Part shown: positions 24,528 to 37,716 of the stretch, piece by piece
Layout: each line of letters begins with the position of its first letter
How positions within the stretch are numbered: position 1 is the first letter of the stretch
Source of the DNA: Zygnema circumcarinatum SAG 698-1b
Taxonomy: Eukaryota > Plantae > Zygnematophyceae
Direction of reading: 5' to 3'
Length of the DNA stretch: 64,000 nt
NCBI GenBank assembly: GCA_037447605.1
Contig: CM074814.1
Coordinates: forward strand, 2,914,001-2,978,000
The notes under the pieces: model-generated
What the model saw: the letters and a program-made list of their open reading frames with translations, nothing else
What the model was told of the DNA's origin: nothing
The model's database searches: none
Translations under genes and position numbers: made by a program

Positions 24528-27397
24528 TCAGTAGGGCAGAGGCACAAAGGGCAGGATGGTATTGAACACGTTGAAGCGGCTGAAGAAGGTGGACTCGTTG
24601 GAGGGCTTGGGCCCGACTTCGCTCCGTTTGACCGTCTGAAAGGCGGGCCGCGCGCTGTAGATCGGCGACGAGCGGTCAGAAATGCCATAGTCGCCGTTTG
24701 GGGCGTCATCAAAACGCAGCTGGGAGGCGTTGAAGGAGGCGAAGGTGAGGTTGCTGAGATAGGGAACGGTGGGCACGGAGGAGTTGCAGTTGCGGAAAAT
24801 GGGCCGCCACACAGAGGAGATGTTGTAGAGCACGAGGTCGACGGACGACTCGGTGGGGAGCCCGCTGCAGTTTCCCGTTGCTTGCGGCGGGGCAGCCAAC
24901 GCGCTCGACCAGGGAACGCCGGTAAGGTTGCGGGGGGGGTTGCAGGGGACGCCGTAGACTGACGTCTGGGAGCAGATGGTGCGATAGCGAGGCCAGTACT
25001 GCAAATGCGGAGAGAGGGAGAGCGGAAGAGGGAGAGGTGAATGAAGGACAGGAGAAGAAACAGGGCTTGGATAACTTCAACGTTGCCTGACGAAGGACCA
25101 CCGCAGCCATCTGATCTCAGTCCCCACAGCGCCCACGGGGGTACGACCCACCTGCAGCCACAGGTCGGCTCGTCTCATGTTGAAGATGGCATCTACCCAC
25201 GCCTTCGCATTGTACATGCAGTTGTTGACGTCCCAGTTCTGGCAACTGATCCATCCCGATAGCTGCCGAATGTTCACAAGAAGGGCGTTCCGCACATTAT
25301 TGCTGCTTCAGAGAAAACACAGCCCCCCTCGCCCCGGCTCGTGATGAGGGAGAGGATCGTATAGTGTTTTGTGGGGTCAAGTGGGGTCTGAAACAAGGGG
25401 TGAGCAGGGCGACACTCATCGCTAACACACTCTTTAATATCTGCATCAATCTTTTTAGAAGCCTTGGTTTGTCTCCGATACGCACAACTTTCCATTGTTT
25501 ATCTTGAAGCCGTTCCATTGCCCAACGCACACAATGCCGTCGAGGATGACGCCCGAAGTTGCCCAATCGAAGTACACACAGTTCTGACCTCCGACAGCCA
25601 TATTCTTGTAGAAGTAATTCACTGCCAGAGCAGGATGCCCGTTAGATTCCGAGCAGCTAAGCCCTTCGTTGTCGGAGAGTTCTAATAAAATCACTAGCTC
25701 GTCGTTTTTTTTTCAAGCTGTTTGTCTCTTACTTTATGAGCCCATAAAGGACGGTGAACGAGTTGTCACCTGGGTTGTGGAATTTTCCATTCATGTATAT
25801 AGCGGCACCGTCGCCGTAGATAACCTTCCAAGGTTCCACAACGAGCAGGTTCCTTGCAAAGTATGTTCCGAAGCAGTCCGCCACAAACGTGGCGCCCCAT
25901 CCACACGTTACGCCGAACCGCGTGAAGTTGTGAATGTAGTTGTCCTCAATGTGAACACCTACCGACTCCCAGTGCAGCATGATGCCGTTGTCTCCACCTG
26001 CCAGGCAAAAGAAAGCGAAGAAAAGAACAGCGATATTAAAAACCGGTCTGAGCTTGATTTTGCAAGAGCCAATTTATGGGCCTCCGAGCGACAACTAACA
26101 TGGAGAATTTTCATGAATGATTTCTTTCTCAATCTTGCGCCACAGCACAGTGCGAATTTTCTACCCTCGGCGAGAACAACCATGAGGCAGTCTAGTCGCT
26201 GCTACATTCAGACACTCTTCTCGTCTCTTCTGGCGTGTTTTCGCCTGTCAGTCAGTCAGTCAGTCAGTCAGTCAGTGGCGGCCGGAGGGTGCGTTACCCG
26301 TCAGTTCGCTGTTTATCAAATGCACATCGGAGGCAATGAGGTCCGTGGCGTTTCCACAGAGGCCGAACCGCACTGCAGAGAGTGCCAACGAAGGGTTTGC
26401 GATCGTGAGGTTGTTGAACCACGAGGAGGTCGTCCGGTATACGTCCAGACGACCCAAGAGGGTGCACTGCCCACCACAATGTCAACGATAAAACGATACA
26501 GACGAGCAAATTAAGAGAGAGAGAGAAGAGCGAGAGAGAAGAGGGGGGGGTGAAAACCAAATTTGTGCAGTATAGATTTGAAGAGAAACCTTTGAAAGTC
26601 GAACTTTTGAAGAATTAGTCGGTTGTGACGTACCCCATACATGAGGATGCCATAGGCATTGTACGTGTGCACAGCCGCACATCCCGCGGGTTGATTCAAG
26701 CCCGGCTCGGGTACATTGGGGCACGCCACCAAGGAATTAGGTTCGTAGAACGGCATGCCTATGTTGATCCTTCCGATGTACACGTTGCTCGTGTTGTATA
26801 TTGCGAGAGGCACAAACTGATCGCTCGTCGCTCTGAGCCAAATGGGGCCGCTGGCAATGCTGCAAAGCACAGTGCAGGAAAAGCTCGCGTCCAGCAGCAG
26901 CTGCGACGTGAGCGTGAGATTGGTCGTGAAGAGGAGGAACACCGTCGTCGTGTTCGGGTACTGCGCGCGCTTGTAAATGTCGGCGACTGCGCGCACTGTG
27001 ATGGACACTGTCACGTCGCTCGAACATGGCCCGCTCGCAGGAATTGGAAATTCTGCAAATGCACCGAAAATAGGCTGCTCGGATCATCAAATTGACTGGG
27101 ATTGGTTGAAAGGATTGAAAGAGTGTGCTTCTCCCATTGCAAAAGGAGACTTTGAGATGTCTTTCACTGAACTGTGGTTAGCCGCGTCGTAACATGACTT
27201 CGCTGGCGAAACGAAGAACATTATATAGAGCGCCACGTAGAAGGTCTGCACAGCGGGGAGCCCGGTGAAGGTCAGCTATCGCTTAGGGGGCGCTGTGTCT
27301 TTGTCTGCGAGGCGCTCGAAAGCAGAGCTGCGCGCACCTGCAGTGCAGGCGAACTTGCCCAGCTCGAGCGACCTGTCGGCCGGTGATTGGGCGCCAT
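24528..27397 (-). CDS. Secreted right-handed parallel beta-helix (pectin-lyase-like fold) glycoprotein, paralog A; start uncertain
   Basis: Exons encode GPCS..., LHWESVGVHIEDNYIHNFTRFGVTCGWG, GDGAAIYMNG, CVYFDWATSGV, GFKINNGK, LSGWISCQNW and WPRYRTIC...PCNPP...GNCSGLPTE. The I-x-x-N-x-I and DG(A/G)AIY...YxD..SG repeats are typical of beta-helix proteins, and there are more than 10 N-x-S/T sequons. Confidence 0.8.
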
Positions 27398-28850
27398 GGC
27401 GGATGAACGCTCGAATGTGTGAGCTCAGATGCAATGAGGGCTGTTGAAAGGAGGAAAGGAGAGGAAAGGGACGGGAGATATGAAGAGAAAAATCGAGAGC
27501 GGCTAGAATCAGGAGAGATAGAAGCAGGAGAAAAAATGAGGGTTACAGGAGAGGTGGGTGACGAGATACGAAAAGAAACAGTCAAGAAGAGAGTAAGGAA
27601 GACAGCAGCGGCATAGAGGAGTGGACTGAAAGGAACAGATTAGAGAGAAGGGGGGTGAGAGGGACAGAGGGAGGTGGGGAGGGGGGGACGAGGAGAGGGC
27701 GGATAGTGAGTGCGAGTGTGAGTGCGCGCGGGGGCCGGCGGGCAGCGCGCTTGGACGGACGCCACCCGACGGCGCGGGCCGCCGCTGATGGCCGCTCGCG
27801 CCGACAGATCCATCGCCGGCCGGCCGGCGGCCGGAACCGCTTCGACGGTCGGTCGGTCGGCCGGCCGGCAGGACTCCGCCGGCCGGGCAGGGCCGGAAAA
27901 CGTTTCGAGGTGCAGAAAAGGTTTCGCGGTCGGCAGTGACGGTTTTGGCGCATAGCGATGCCTCGATTCCGAACGCGGCAAGCCGCCGGTTGTTGCGGGG
28001 AGGGAGGGAGGGAGGTAGGCGAGGGCACGCGCTGGGGAGGAGCGGAGGGGAGGCCGGAAGGATTGTTAGTACGGACAAAGTGGATTTGACGTATGTTGTT
28101 GAACGATTGGCATTCAACCATGGCAATTCCATGCATGGCCTACACATCTGTGGCTAACGTCATTTATACTATGGATTCCGATGGCCCTGCTCATGGGTCA
28201 GAGGCCGTGTTGAAGCACGTAGTGAATTGGACAGCCGCAGCGCTGCCCGATCTCGTCAGAATAACAAACTAAAAAAAAAGACTCGCAAGGTATTTGGTAA
28301 GCATAAAGTTCATTTGATTCCGCGGCGCCGGCTGGCAGTCGTCCCCCAACAAGAAGGGCCGCCAGCTGCCTGCCTGTGCGGCCGCCGAGCGGGCGCCGCC
28401 TCCGCCCCCACCCGCCGCCGCGGCCGCAGCGACGCCGCCAGACGCACGACCGCGGGCGTGGCCCGCTCGCTCGCTGGCGCCGCGCGGGACTCAAGTGGCG
28501 GCCGGCCCGGGCCGCATGGTGCTGAGTGCTGCATATTATTATTATTATTATTTCTATGATTGGCGGGCCCTGAGGCCCTCGGCCGGGCGCGGCCATGTCC
28601 GCGGTTGTTGGCCCACTCGCCATGGCGGCGATGGCGGGCCCAGCGCGGCCGCCACGTGGCGCCCTCGCTACGAGCCGTACACTCGCCCCCAGCACCGCTC
28701 GTCCACCCACTTCGCCAATGGGCGCGTGCCACGTGGCCATGTCGAGCACACTCGTGTACGGTCGAGATCGTACGGACGGATCAGCGCGTCGGTGGGTCTG
28801 CCGTGCGGCGGCGGGCGGGCGGGGTTGGGCGAGGGGGGGGGAGGGAGGCC

Positions 28851-30792
28851 ATGGCGGGCATGGCGGGGGCGCGCTGGGTCAACGCGCCCGCCACGTGGCG
28901 AGACCTGGGAGGTGGGGCGCTGGAAGTGACGTCAGCCCCGCGGACCGACTTCTGGCAGCGCACGCACTACGGGTTCCGGCGCGACAGCGGCGCCTTCCTG
29001 GGCGAGGGCGTCCATGGCGACTTCCTCGCGCAGGTGAAGGTCACCGCCAGGTGCGCGCCTCCGCCTGCGGGCGGATCCGGCCTGGGGCTCGTGGTTTCTT
29101 CGGTCTTTGCGGATAGTGATTTCTTTTTTTTTTTGCGTGCATCGCTGTACATGTTGTCGCGTGAGCCGCGTTACTGACTTTAGGGTTTTCCGGCGCCACT
29201 TCGCATCTTCGGTGTGCTAAGTTGGGGGCATGGATTTTTCCTAATAAAGAAACTGAGGGAGTATTGATATTCTTCACACCCTAAAAGTGCGTGAAATCAT
29301 TGGGAACCCTAAACGCCAAGTTTAGTTGGTATGAAATTGAAGCATTCACGAATATCCCAAAAGTAGCAAGGACTTTTGAAATTCCATACGATTTTCTTAC
29401 GACGATTAAGTCCAAAGCTGCTTACATCGCCACTCCCATTCAGGTCCTTGCCTTCCAAAGCTCAAGTGGCTGCTACATCTCGTCCGCCCCCCACTGTTCC
29501 TCCTCTCATGCCATCGCCTTCCCCCTTGCGCCGTAAAGCAAAAGTCATTCATTCCAATGCTCGCATGCTGTGTGAGTCGCGCCTCTGCCCGGCATTCGCA
29601 CGGCTGCCCAGACCTCGCTAAAACATGACACGTGGGCGTGTGGGGGCGCATGCATCTGCGGAGCAGTTATCAGGATCTGTACGACCAAGCGGGCCTCATG
29701 ATTCGCGCAGATGAGGACACGTGGCTCAAGTGCGGAGTAGAGTACGTCACTGGCAGCAAGGTGGTCGAGGCGGGCGGGCAGCAGGTGGGCCTCTGCCCGC
29801 CACACTTTTGCAGCTTCGCAGCCCGTCCGAAGTCTGAGATAGAGAAACCCTTAACTGCAGGGATGGCCTTACATTGCCTTTCGCGGCTTTGTCGTTTCTA
29901 ACGGCGGAAGGTCTGAGTGAGGGCTGTTCTTGGGAAGATAGAAATGGAGGGATCGATTGATTTGAATCGCTATTGCTGTCAGCAACTCATAATCTGGTCG
30001 CAAGCAGGCAAGTGTGGTGGTGACACGTGGCGGATTCTCAGATTGGTCGGTTGTTCCTTTGAACGGAAGCCCACCGTCTTTTTGGATTAGGTCAGCCTGC
30101 CGGAAGCTGGACCCCATCTCCCATCGTGCAGAATTATTTTACCTGGAGAACCTTACCCTGATGCTGGTGAATTGTTCAAATCTAGAGATTTTCCTTACTT
30201 GATTACTATCCTCCAATGGAAAGTCAAGTTTCAATTCGATCAGGCGTCAATGCAAAACAAATCTGCAGTCACAAAGGGTCGAAGAAAGAACCCCTACCAA
30301 TTCCCGCTTCCCCCCGAGTCCCCTCCCTGTTTGTCTCGTCTCCTCTCCTTCACGCATTTGCCAATCCTGTAATTTACTCTCCGCTATAGTTAGATTGCGA
30401 CATTATCAATTTCTACCGCCGATTTCCCAGCGGTTGCTCTTGAAAAATCCTCTCCAAGTCTCAGTGGTTCCAGAAAGGACAAAACGTAGAGCACGTCCAT
30501 CAGTGTACTGTGAATGGCTCGCTTTGCGCCTGCCTTGTCCATCGAGCTGATTTAAATACACTTTCTTTGCTGTGCTCCTCCACTCCATGCCTGAACTGCC
30601 TCTCTGCATGACAGGGCGAAAAGAGAAAAGGGTGCAATTCATGTGTCCTATTCGCTCGACGGCGAGAAGTATCAGGTGTTGCGGTTGGCTTACCTCTCAG
30701 AACTCGACACTCTTCAAGTTGGAAGGATGGCATGCTCCCCCGAAGGTGATGGATTCAAAGTCGTCTTTGAAGATTATTCTATCCAGCAGTAA
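28851..30792 (+). CDS. DUF1349 family protein (Ree1-like, concanavalin A-like beta-sandwich)
   Basis: Four exons: W.N.P..W...TDFWQRTHYGFRRDSG; SYQDLYDQAGLMIRADEDTWLKCGVEY; SVVVTRGGFSDWS; YSLDGEKYQVLRLAYL...VGRMACSPEGDGFKVVFEDYSIQQ*. Confidence 0.88.
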
Positions 30793-31732
30793 CTCTGTAC
30801 ACTAAGTAATAATGTTAAGGTCCCCTTTTATCGCGGCCAAATTTGCCTGGATAGGGAAGAGCTCGCATGGTTCTGGAATCTCGAATGCTGTGGTATTGAC
30901 TGTGAATGCCTTGACTGCAGTCAATGCAGGCAGTCACTGTCGACTGATTTATTCCATTTCTATATGTTTTTTATTGTTGTTACATTATTAATCTTTCTGT
31001 TCCGCTTGTTGTCGTTGAGTATGTTTTTTGGGTTGTTACAGTACCGTTCTCGTTCCTTTGGTTTTGCATGTTGTTGCCGATGCATGGTTGTTGTTATTGC
31101 TCGTTTTGGCATAAGGTCATGTCGTCATCTTGGCAAACTGTTCACGAGTCTGGAATTCGACTCCGGAGCCCTGCATTTCCTGCTCGTTGTTTGAACCGCC
31201 GCCGGCCTCGTGGACGGCTGTGTGAATCTGCGACGTGTCGGATGGCTGCACAGCACATTCCGCACGCACAACGTGCAGTGCATGTATGGTTGCCCGCCCA
31301 TGGTTCCATTGCTTGCGTTTGGTGCCCTACTGAGGAAACGTGGATTGGCATCGATCTCGTGTTGGCGACGCCATTCAATTGTTAGAAATCCTCAACCATT
31401 GTATATCGAAAAAAGCAATATGGAGAACTAATGTGAAGCGGTCTCAAATGAGCCACCAAGGAAAGACAAGCTGCGAGTGGAATGCTGCTCCTAGACTCGG
31501 CAACCCAACCCAACACGGCCCGGCCCGAGCAGCAGCGGCAGCAGCGGCATCCGTCTCGCTGGGGGCGGAGACTCGCAGTCATCAATCGCCCTCTTTAAGT
31601 GCGGGCGGGCGGGCGGGCGGCCCCTCCCTCCCTCCCTCCGGCCCTTCCCCGCTAGGGCTTGTCAGCTTCACCACTCGTCAGTCTGTCCGTTGGTCCGCTT
31701 CCCGCCAGTTAACGGAGGTGCAGGGCACGGCG

Positions 31733-31774
31733 CACGTGCCACGTGCCACGTGGCACGGCGTAGTCCGACGTGGC
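31733..31774. promoter_or_regulatory. Cluster of three adjacent G-boxes (CACGTG, 7-bp period) plus an ABRE-like ACGTGGC
   Basis: GCACGTGCCACGTGCCACGTGGCAC...GACGTGGC lies about 370-400 bp upstream of the paralog B ATG and is followed by a CT-rich tract. Confidence 0.55.
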
Positions 31775-32136
31775 AGCGCGTCAGCTGGACTGCCCGCTCC
31801 GCGCGGCGGGCGGGGCCGCTCAGCGCGCTCCCCCGCACGTGCCGCGGCGCGCCGCGAGAGGCTGCGCGGCGGCGAACCGGCCGCACGGACCGCTCTTCTG
31901 CCGGGCCGCCCTCCCTCGGACGTGCTCGCTTGCTCGCACTGCGGGCCTCCGCGCGCTCTCTCCCTCTCTCTCTCTCTTTCTCCCTTTCTCTCTTTCTCTC
32001 TATCTGTCTCTATCTCTATCTCTCTCTATCTTCTCTCTCTCTCTCCCTCTCTCTCCCTCTCTCGCTAATTTCTTCTCGCTCTCTCCATCAGCCCTTCCCC
32101 CTCTCCACCCCTACTCTGAGCCTCTCTGAAGAAGTC

Positions 32137-35100
32137 ATGTCCAGGTCTGGAAAGCCCCCTCCTTTGGTAGGTCACTCGCCCTCACGTGCTCCATAATCAT
32201 GTTGCAGCTTTTTCTATGTAGGCTCAATTTAGAAAAATATATTGAGGTGGAAGTGGAGCTAATAATTGACGAAAATACCTGTCATCTGCCATGCAGCTCT
32301 CTGTGGTCTGCCTATGGTTGGCGTTGTGTCTCCCATCCCCTGGAAAAGGTGCTGTAATATAAAAGTAGAAATAAAAACCTTCTTTTATTTAATAATTAAG
32401 CTCAAACATTTTCGTATTGTTATAATTTCAACACAGTATTCGTACACGAACTGGGTACGTTGCCTGACTGCGGTTGTTCCTCAACATCTGTGCACAAGAG
32501 GGCGTAGAAATGTAAATAGAAGGCAGAATTACCATGTCCTTTGTCAGGGCGATGTGCGATGTCCTCACACCTGCCTGCCCCCGCGCGCCTCTCGCCTTGG
32601 CGCAGTAGCAGCGCAGTCCAACGGGCCGTGCTCGACCGCGACCCGCACCATCATTGTGAGGAAGGTCAGCGACATCTTCGAGCGAGTCACCATCCCGAAC
32701 ACGATAACAGTCCATCTCCTCTTCGCGAAGAACCTGACTCTCTACTTGCCTATCGTGCTGAACGAGTATTTTTCGTGCACAATATTGAGGCCTATGAATG
32801 TCCGAAACGGCTCAATATGGCTCAAGACCGCGACGTCCGACTTCGCTCCTTTGCAAATCGTAAACACCCACAACATTTACATATCTCGGATCAATGTGAG
32901 GCTTGTCCTGCCCGCCGACACGCGGAAGCCGCACGTGGAGTGCAGCACTCTTCCGGACCAAGGCCTCAACAAGCCCTGTCCCTGTCCTGCTGTGTTCGTG
33001 CACAACACAAGGAGAATAACTATGTTCGGGGTACTCTCCTTTCCCGGCAAGCTTTGGTACTTTGAGGGCTGAGGGTATTTGTGGGATCTTTTCATTCTCA
33101 GAAGCCGGATTCGTACTTTTTATATGCCATGACATATGTACTCGTCCTGATGCTTGCAGTCAACGATCCTCGGTCGACTTGACATTTATCATTCAGCAGA
33201 TTCCACTTTTGATCACCTTAAAGTGTTCAACTTTTTCCGAGATTACGCTGCAGTGCGGCTTGGTGCCAATGGGGATGCAGGCCACCTGAGGAGTTCCAAT
33301 ATCCTTTTGTCGAACAATGAGATCAGGGGTGAGTCCCATCAGATGATGCCCCTTAACTGCTCAAATTGGTACTTGGGTTGTTTTTAAGGGAAGAGTAACC
33401 CATGGATTTGCTGTTTTCGTGATAAGCTGTATCATTTTGCTGATGAAAGATGAAATTTCACAATCCTCCGCAGGCTCCGAACAAGGCATCTTCCTTCACT
33501 GGGAAACGATTGGGGTTAGTATTAACAACAATTACATTCACAATTTCACCAAATTCGGCATCGCATGCGGCTGGGGAGCAAGTTTCGTAGGGGATTGCTT
33601 CTGGAACACGTTTCAACGAAACTACATTGAGACGGAGCCGTTTGTGGAATTTTGGGGCGATGGCGCCGGAATTTACTTTAATGGAAAATGGACAAACCCA
33701 GGTAGGCGGCCGCTCAGGCACGGAGTAGAACAGCAGCGGCTTCTCGCTGTGTTCTGCTCTGATTTGCTTCTGTAAACTAAAAAACATGTCTACAGAAACC
33801 CCAGAACCAGGGACACAACTCACCACAAGGGTGGGACATTTTTTTTGTTGTTACATGGCAGTCAATTGGATGTTTGACAATTACATTAAAGGGGGTCACC
33901 ACTGCGTATACTACGATTGGGCAACCTCGGGGGTTCTCGTTGATGGAATTGTCTGCATCAATACATGGGATGGTTTCAAGATCAACAACGGGAAATTGTA
34001 AGTAGGGACAAGTCACAAGCATGAGGGGGAAGAAATGTTTTATCTTTTAGGCGGAGGGTTGATCTTGTGCCCGAAATTAATCTGAAGCCGTTGAAAGTGA
34101 CAGTCAGTATCCCCACTGCATAGACCGTATGCACAAGCACTTTCTTTCAAAATTATGAATGTCCAGAGATGCCTTCGCTTAACAAGATGCAACTACTTCC
34201 ATGGACCTGCTTCTGAGCATGCAGCAATACGGTGCAAAACGCCCTCATGGTGAATATCCAACAGCTGTCGGGGTGGATAAGCTGCCAGAACTGGTTCGAT
34301 AACAACTGCGCCAAGTTCGGCGGATTTTGGCTCAGTAAGATCGACGACTTCGAGCTATCCGACTTATGGTTCAAAGTAAGCTGCCATGGATATGTCATTC
34401 ACCATCTTGTCATTAATTGAGAGTTGGAAAACAAGGAAGCGCGTTTCGTATAAATTTTTTAACTAAAAAATAACTAAGAACGAACTCCCCGATGAACTTG
34501 CTCTACCACTGCAGACCTCCCCCCAATCAGATTGCTATGATTGTTCGTCGTTTGCAGCATTAACACTTACAGCATTGCGTCTTTTCCCTATCAATCGGGG
34601 TGAAGTTCTTGCTTCATACAGTCTTCGCATTCGGGTCGTTAAAAAAAGAAGTTGCTTCTGGAGAAGACGAGACAGCCCTGACGGTCAGCGATGGGGGCGT
34701 TGCAGATGTGGCCGCGGTACCGCACCGTCTGCACTGATACTCAAATCGGGGACATTCCCTGCAACCCCTCCCGGAAACTGCGCGACAAACGGTGGAACGG
34801 CACCATGGCAGCACCTGCAAAGATCACGGGCAACTGCAGCGGCCTGCCGACAGAGAACAGCGTTGACCTCATCCTGGTGAACGTGAAGCCCCTCTGGGCG
34901 CCTCTCTACCGCAACTGCAACGAGAGCGTGCCCACCGTACCGCTCCTCAACAACATGACCTGGATCGCTTATAACTCATCTGAACTCATCTTCGACAACG
35001 AGACTGGAGGGGACTTTGGCATCTCCGACCCCTACTCACCTATTTACGTGGGCAGGCCCGGGTTTAGATCAGTGCCACTGTCTATTGTGGGGGTTCAACG

Positions 35101-35152
35101 CGAAAACGAGAAGGATATTTTCACCAACTTCAACAGTCAAGTGAATTGGTGA
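32137..35152 (+). CDS. Secreted parallel beta-helix glycoprotein, paralog B
   Basis: The spliced N-terminus MSRSGKPPPL|LSVVCLWLALCLPSPGK is signal-peptide-like. It is followed by GPCS..., LHWETIGVSINNNYIHNFTKFGIACGWG, GDGAGIYFNG, CVYYDWATSG, GFKINNGK, LSGWISCQNW and GNCSGLPTENS. Intron positions match A and C. Confidence 0.82.
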
Positions 35153-36121
35153 AGATTGGGATGAACCAGTACGTTCCCTCGTATAATGTGCAACCGGGGT
35201 TGCTTCTCAATGATGGACATGGGTTCATGAAACTCAAGTTTCTACTTTAACAGGAAATACAGACAGTTATGATAATATAACGATGGTAGATAGGACGACA
35301 AGAATTAATCCTATTGATCATTTTAAAGGGGCGTTTGTATTTTTGCGATCAAAGGACATTGAGAACAATCAATGTCGCGTTAAATTTAATTAATTCACGG
35401 GAGCTTTTTTTGCTGTGCCAAAGTGTGCCAATGCACGGCAACCCACACCGGAGTGCCTGCAAGTCAAGCCAAAGCATCGCAGAGGCCACGGTACGCTGAG
35501 GATGACTAATATAACGCTCAAAACCATGGCAAGAGCACAAATGACGCGTCGCAGATGCCCAAACTCCAATAGCACTGCAAGACGTGAGCTATCGTGGTAG
35601 AAGAGGGGAATTTTATGGGGCGATACTCTGTCGCCTCAACAGGAGAGTGAGTAGTTCTGTTAGAAAAGGAGAAAAATTTCATTGTATAGTTTTGAAAAAA
35701 AGAAAAAAAGAAGTTCCCGGATGCTGTCCGAGAACCTGCTCACGTGCTCTGCTTGCACGCTCTGGGCTCTTTCTCCATGCCGCCCCGTCGCTGCTCACGT
35801 CTCCCTTCCCCTTCCCTGTCATGTCGTCTGTTGTCGCTCTGTCCCCTAGCCTTTGGTTCTTCTTCTCGTCCTTACCACCTCGACGTTTGTCGCCCCCCCT
35901 GGCCTCTCTAAAGGAGAAGGTTCCCTGTGCTCATTGTGGGAGCTGTTTTGCTCGGCCCGCCGGGATGGCGGTGCATGTGCGGGTGCTCTGCGCTTCTTCG
36001 ATCTTTTGCTGCCCCGTCTCTCCTTCCGTCCTTCGTCCTCTATCGCATCCTTCTCCCTCTCCCTCTCCCTCTCCCTCTCCCTCGGCAGGAGGCAGGCCCC
36101 CAATGGTTTCGCGGCGCCCTG

Positions 36122-36230
36122 CAACCAACCAACCAGCCAACCAACCAGCCAACTAACCCATCAGCCAACCAGCCTGCCAACAAAGCAAGCAACCAACCAA
36201 CAAGGCAACCAACCAGCCAACCAACCAACC
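36122..36230 (+). repeat. Degenerate (CAAC)n microsatellite
   Basis: caaccaaccaaccagccaaccaacc... Confidence 0.7.
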
Positions 36231-36304
36231 GCTCCCGGCGGGGGCGCCCACCTCCGACTGTACGGTCTCGTACAACCAGGCGGGGGACATTGGACGGATA
36301 AATT

Positions 36305-37286
36305 GGGTACTGCTAAATTCACACCTTTTTGGTCTAGATACAGACCTTTTTTTGCGGGATAGATTTTAAAATAGACAAAAAAGGATTAAAAATGGAAAAT
36401 GCTTTTTTCACACCTTTCTGGAATCGTTGCATACCTTTTTCCGTCGGGCAGATTTTACCCCTAAGTTTTTTTTTTGAGAGAAAAGAATATCGGCCTGCCC
36501 GAATCCGCTCGGAGCGGAAGATCCGCCCGCCACGAGATTGTTCGCGGGTGTGCGTCCTTCACACATACGGTGAATCTCAGCCGTCGAGTTTATCGCAGAT
36601 CGCACCACGGCAGGTCACCGTTGGATCTGCAGCCGGGCTCGGTGCCAGCGAATGGTACTTGCCCACGTGTCCCACAAAAGCCGGCTCAAATTGTATCCGT
36701 ACAAAAACTGTACGGTCACAGTTTCGAGGAAAGGCGAAATACCGTACATTGAGAGCCTGGACTAATCACAATTTACCACGCCATAGAAAGTGACACGTGG
36801 CAGATGATGATTGGCTTCCATTTGAAAATCGCGAGCCGAAAAGGCTGGCCGGTCCAGCTCCATAATTTTGCGGAGATCCCGCGCCGAGGGACGCACGCAC
36901 TCGCACGTGTGAACTGGCTGTGGCGGGACACGTGGGCACGTATCATTCGCTGGGACCGAGCTCGGCTGCAGATCGAACGGTAATCTGCCACGGTGCGATC
37001 TGCGATAAAATCGACGGCGGAGGTTCACCGAAGGCGTGAAGGACGCACACCCCGCGAGCGATCTCGCGGTGGACGGATCTTCCGCTCCGAGCGGATTCGG
37101 GCAGGTCGATATCTTTTTCTCTCAAAAAAAAAATCAGGGGTAAAATCTGCCCGATCTGCCCGATCGATTTTAAAAAGGCGTGAGAAAAACATTTTTCGTT
37201 TTTAATCCTCGTTTGTCTATTTTAAAATCTGCCCGGCGAAAATAGGTCTGTATTTAGACAAAAAAGGTGTGAATTTAGCAGTAACC
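36305..37286. mobile_element. Non-autonomous foldback DNA transposon (982 bp; imperfect inverted arms of about 375 bp)
   Basis: The left end GGGTACTGCTAAATTCACACCTTTT mirrors the right end AAAAGGTGTGAATTTAGCAGTAACC. Pairing continues to about 36682/36916. There is no transposase ORF and no clean TSD. Confidence 0.88.
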
Positions 37287-37716
37287 TAGTATTATTTTTG
37301 TTATTGTTATTTCGGGCGGCCCTGTTCGCCTGTTCGGCGGTGTTCGCTCGCACCGTACCATGCCGTACATTGCCGTACATTACCACACTGCACATCTGGC
37401 CACGTCAGCCCTACCCCCCAGTTCCGCATTACATTTCGGGGCAGGGCAGGGCGCTGCAAGTTTCGCGAGGCGGCCCGGACACGCGGCCAATGCGGTGGCG
37501 GCCGTACAGATGTACGGAAGGACTGCGCCTGCTTTGCCTGCCCTACCCTGCCCGGAGCGGGAAAGTAATTTCCGCGCGGGGCCGCAGAGGGGTGGGGCGG
37601 GGCGGGCCGGGGCGGGGGGGAGCGGTTTGGTTCTCGCAGCCATGGCTGCCCCGCCTCGCGGCGCAGCGCTGGGCGGGCGCTGACACGCGGAGCCTGCCGC
37701 CGGGGGGGGGGGGGAC

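Noticed and set aside
17373-35152. Bacterial contamination explaining the bacterial-like genes
   Set aside because: All carry multiple phase-consistent GT-AG introns and are interleaved with plant-specific genes.
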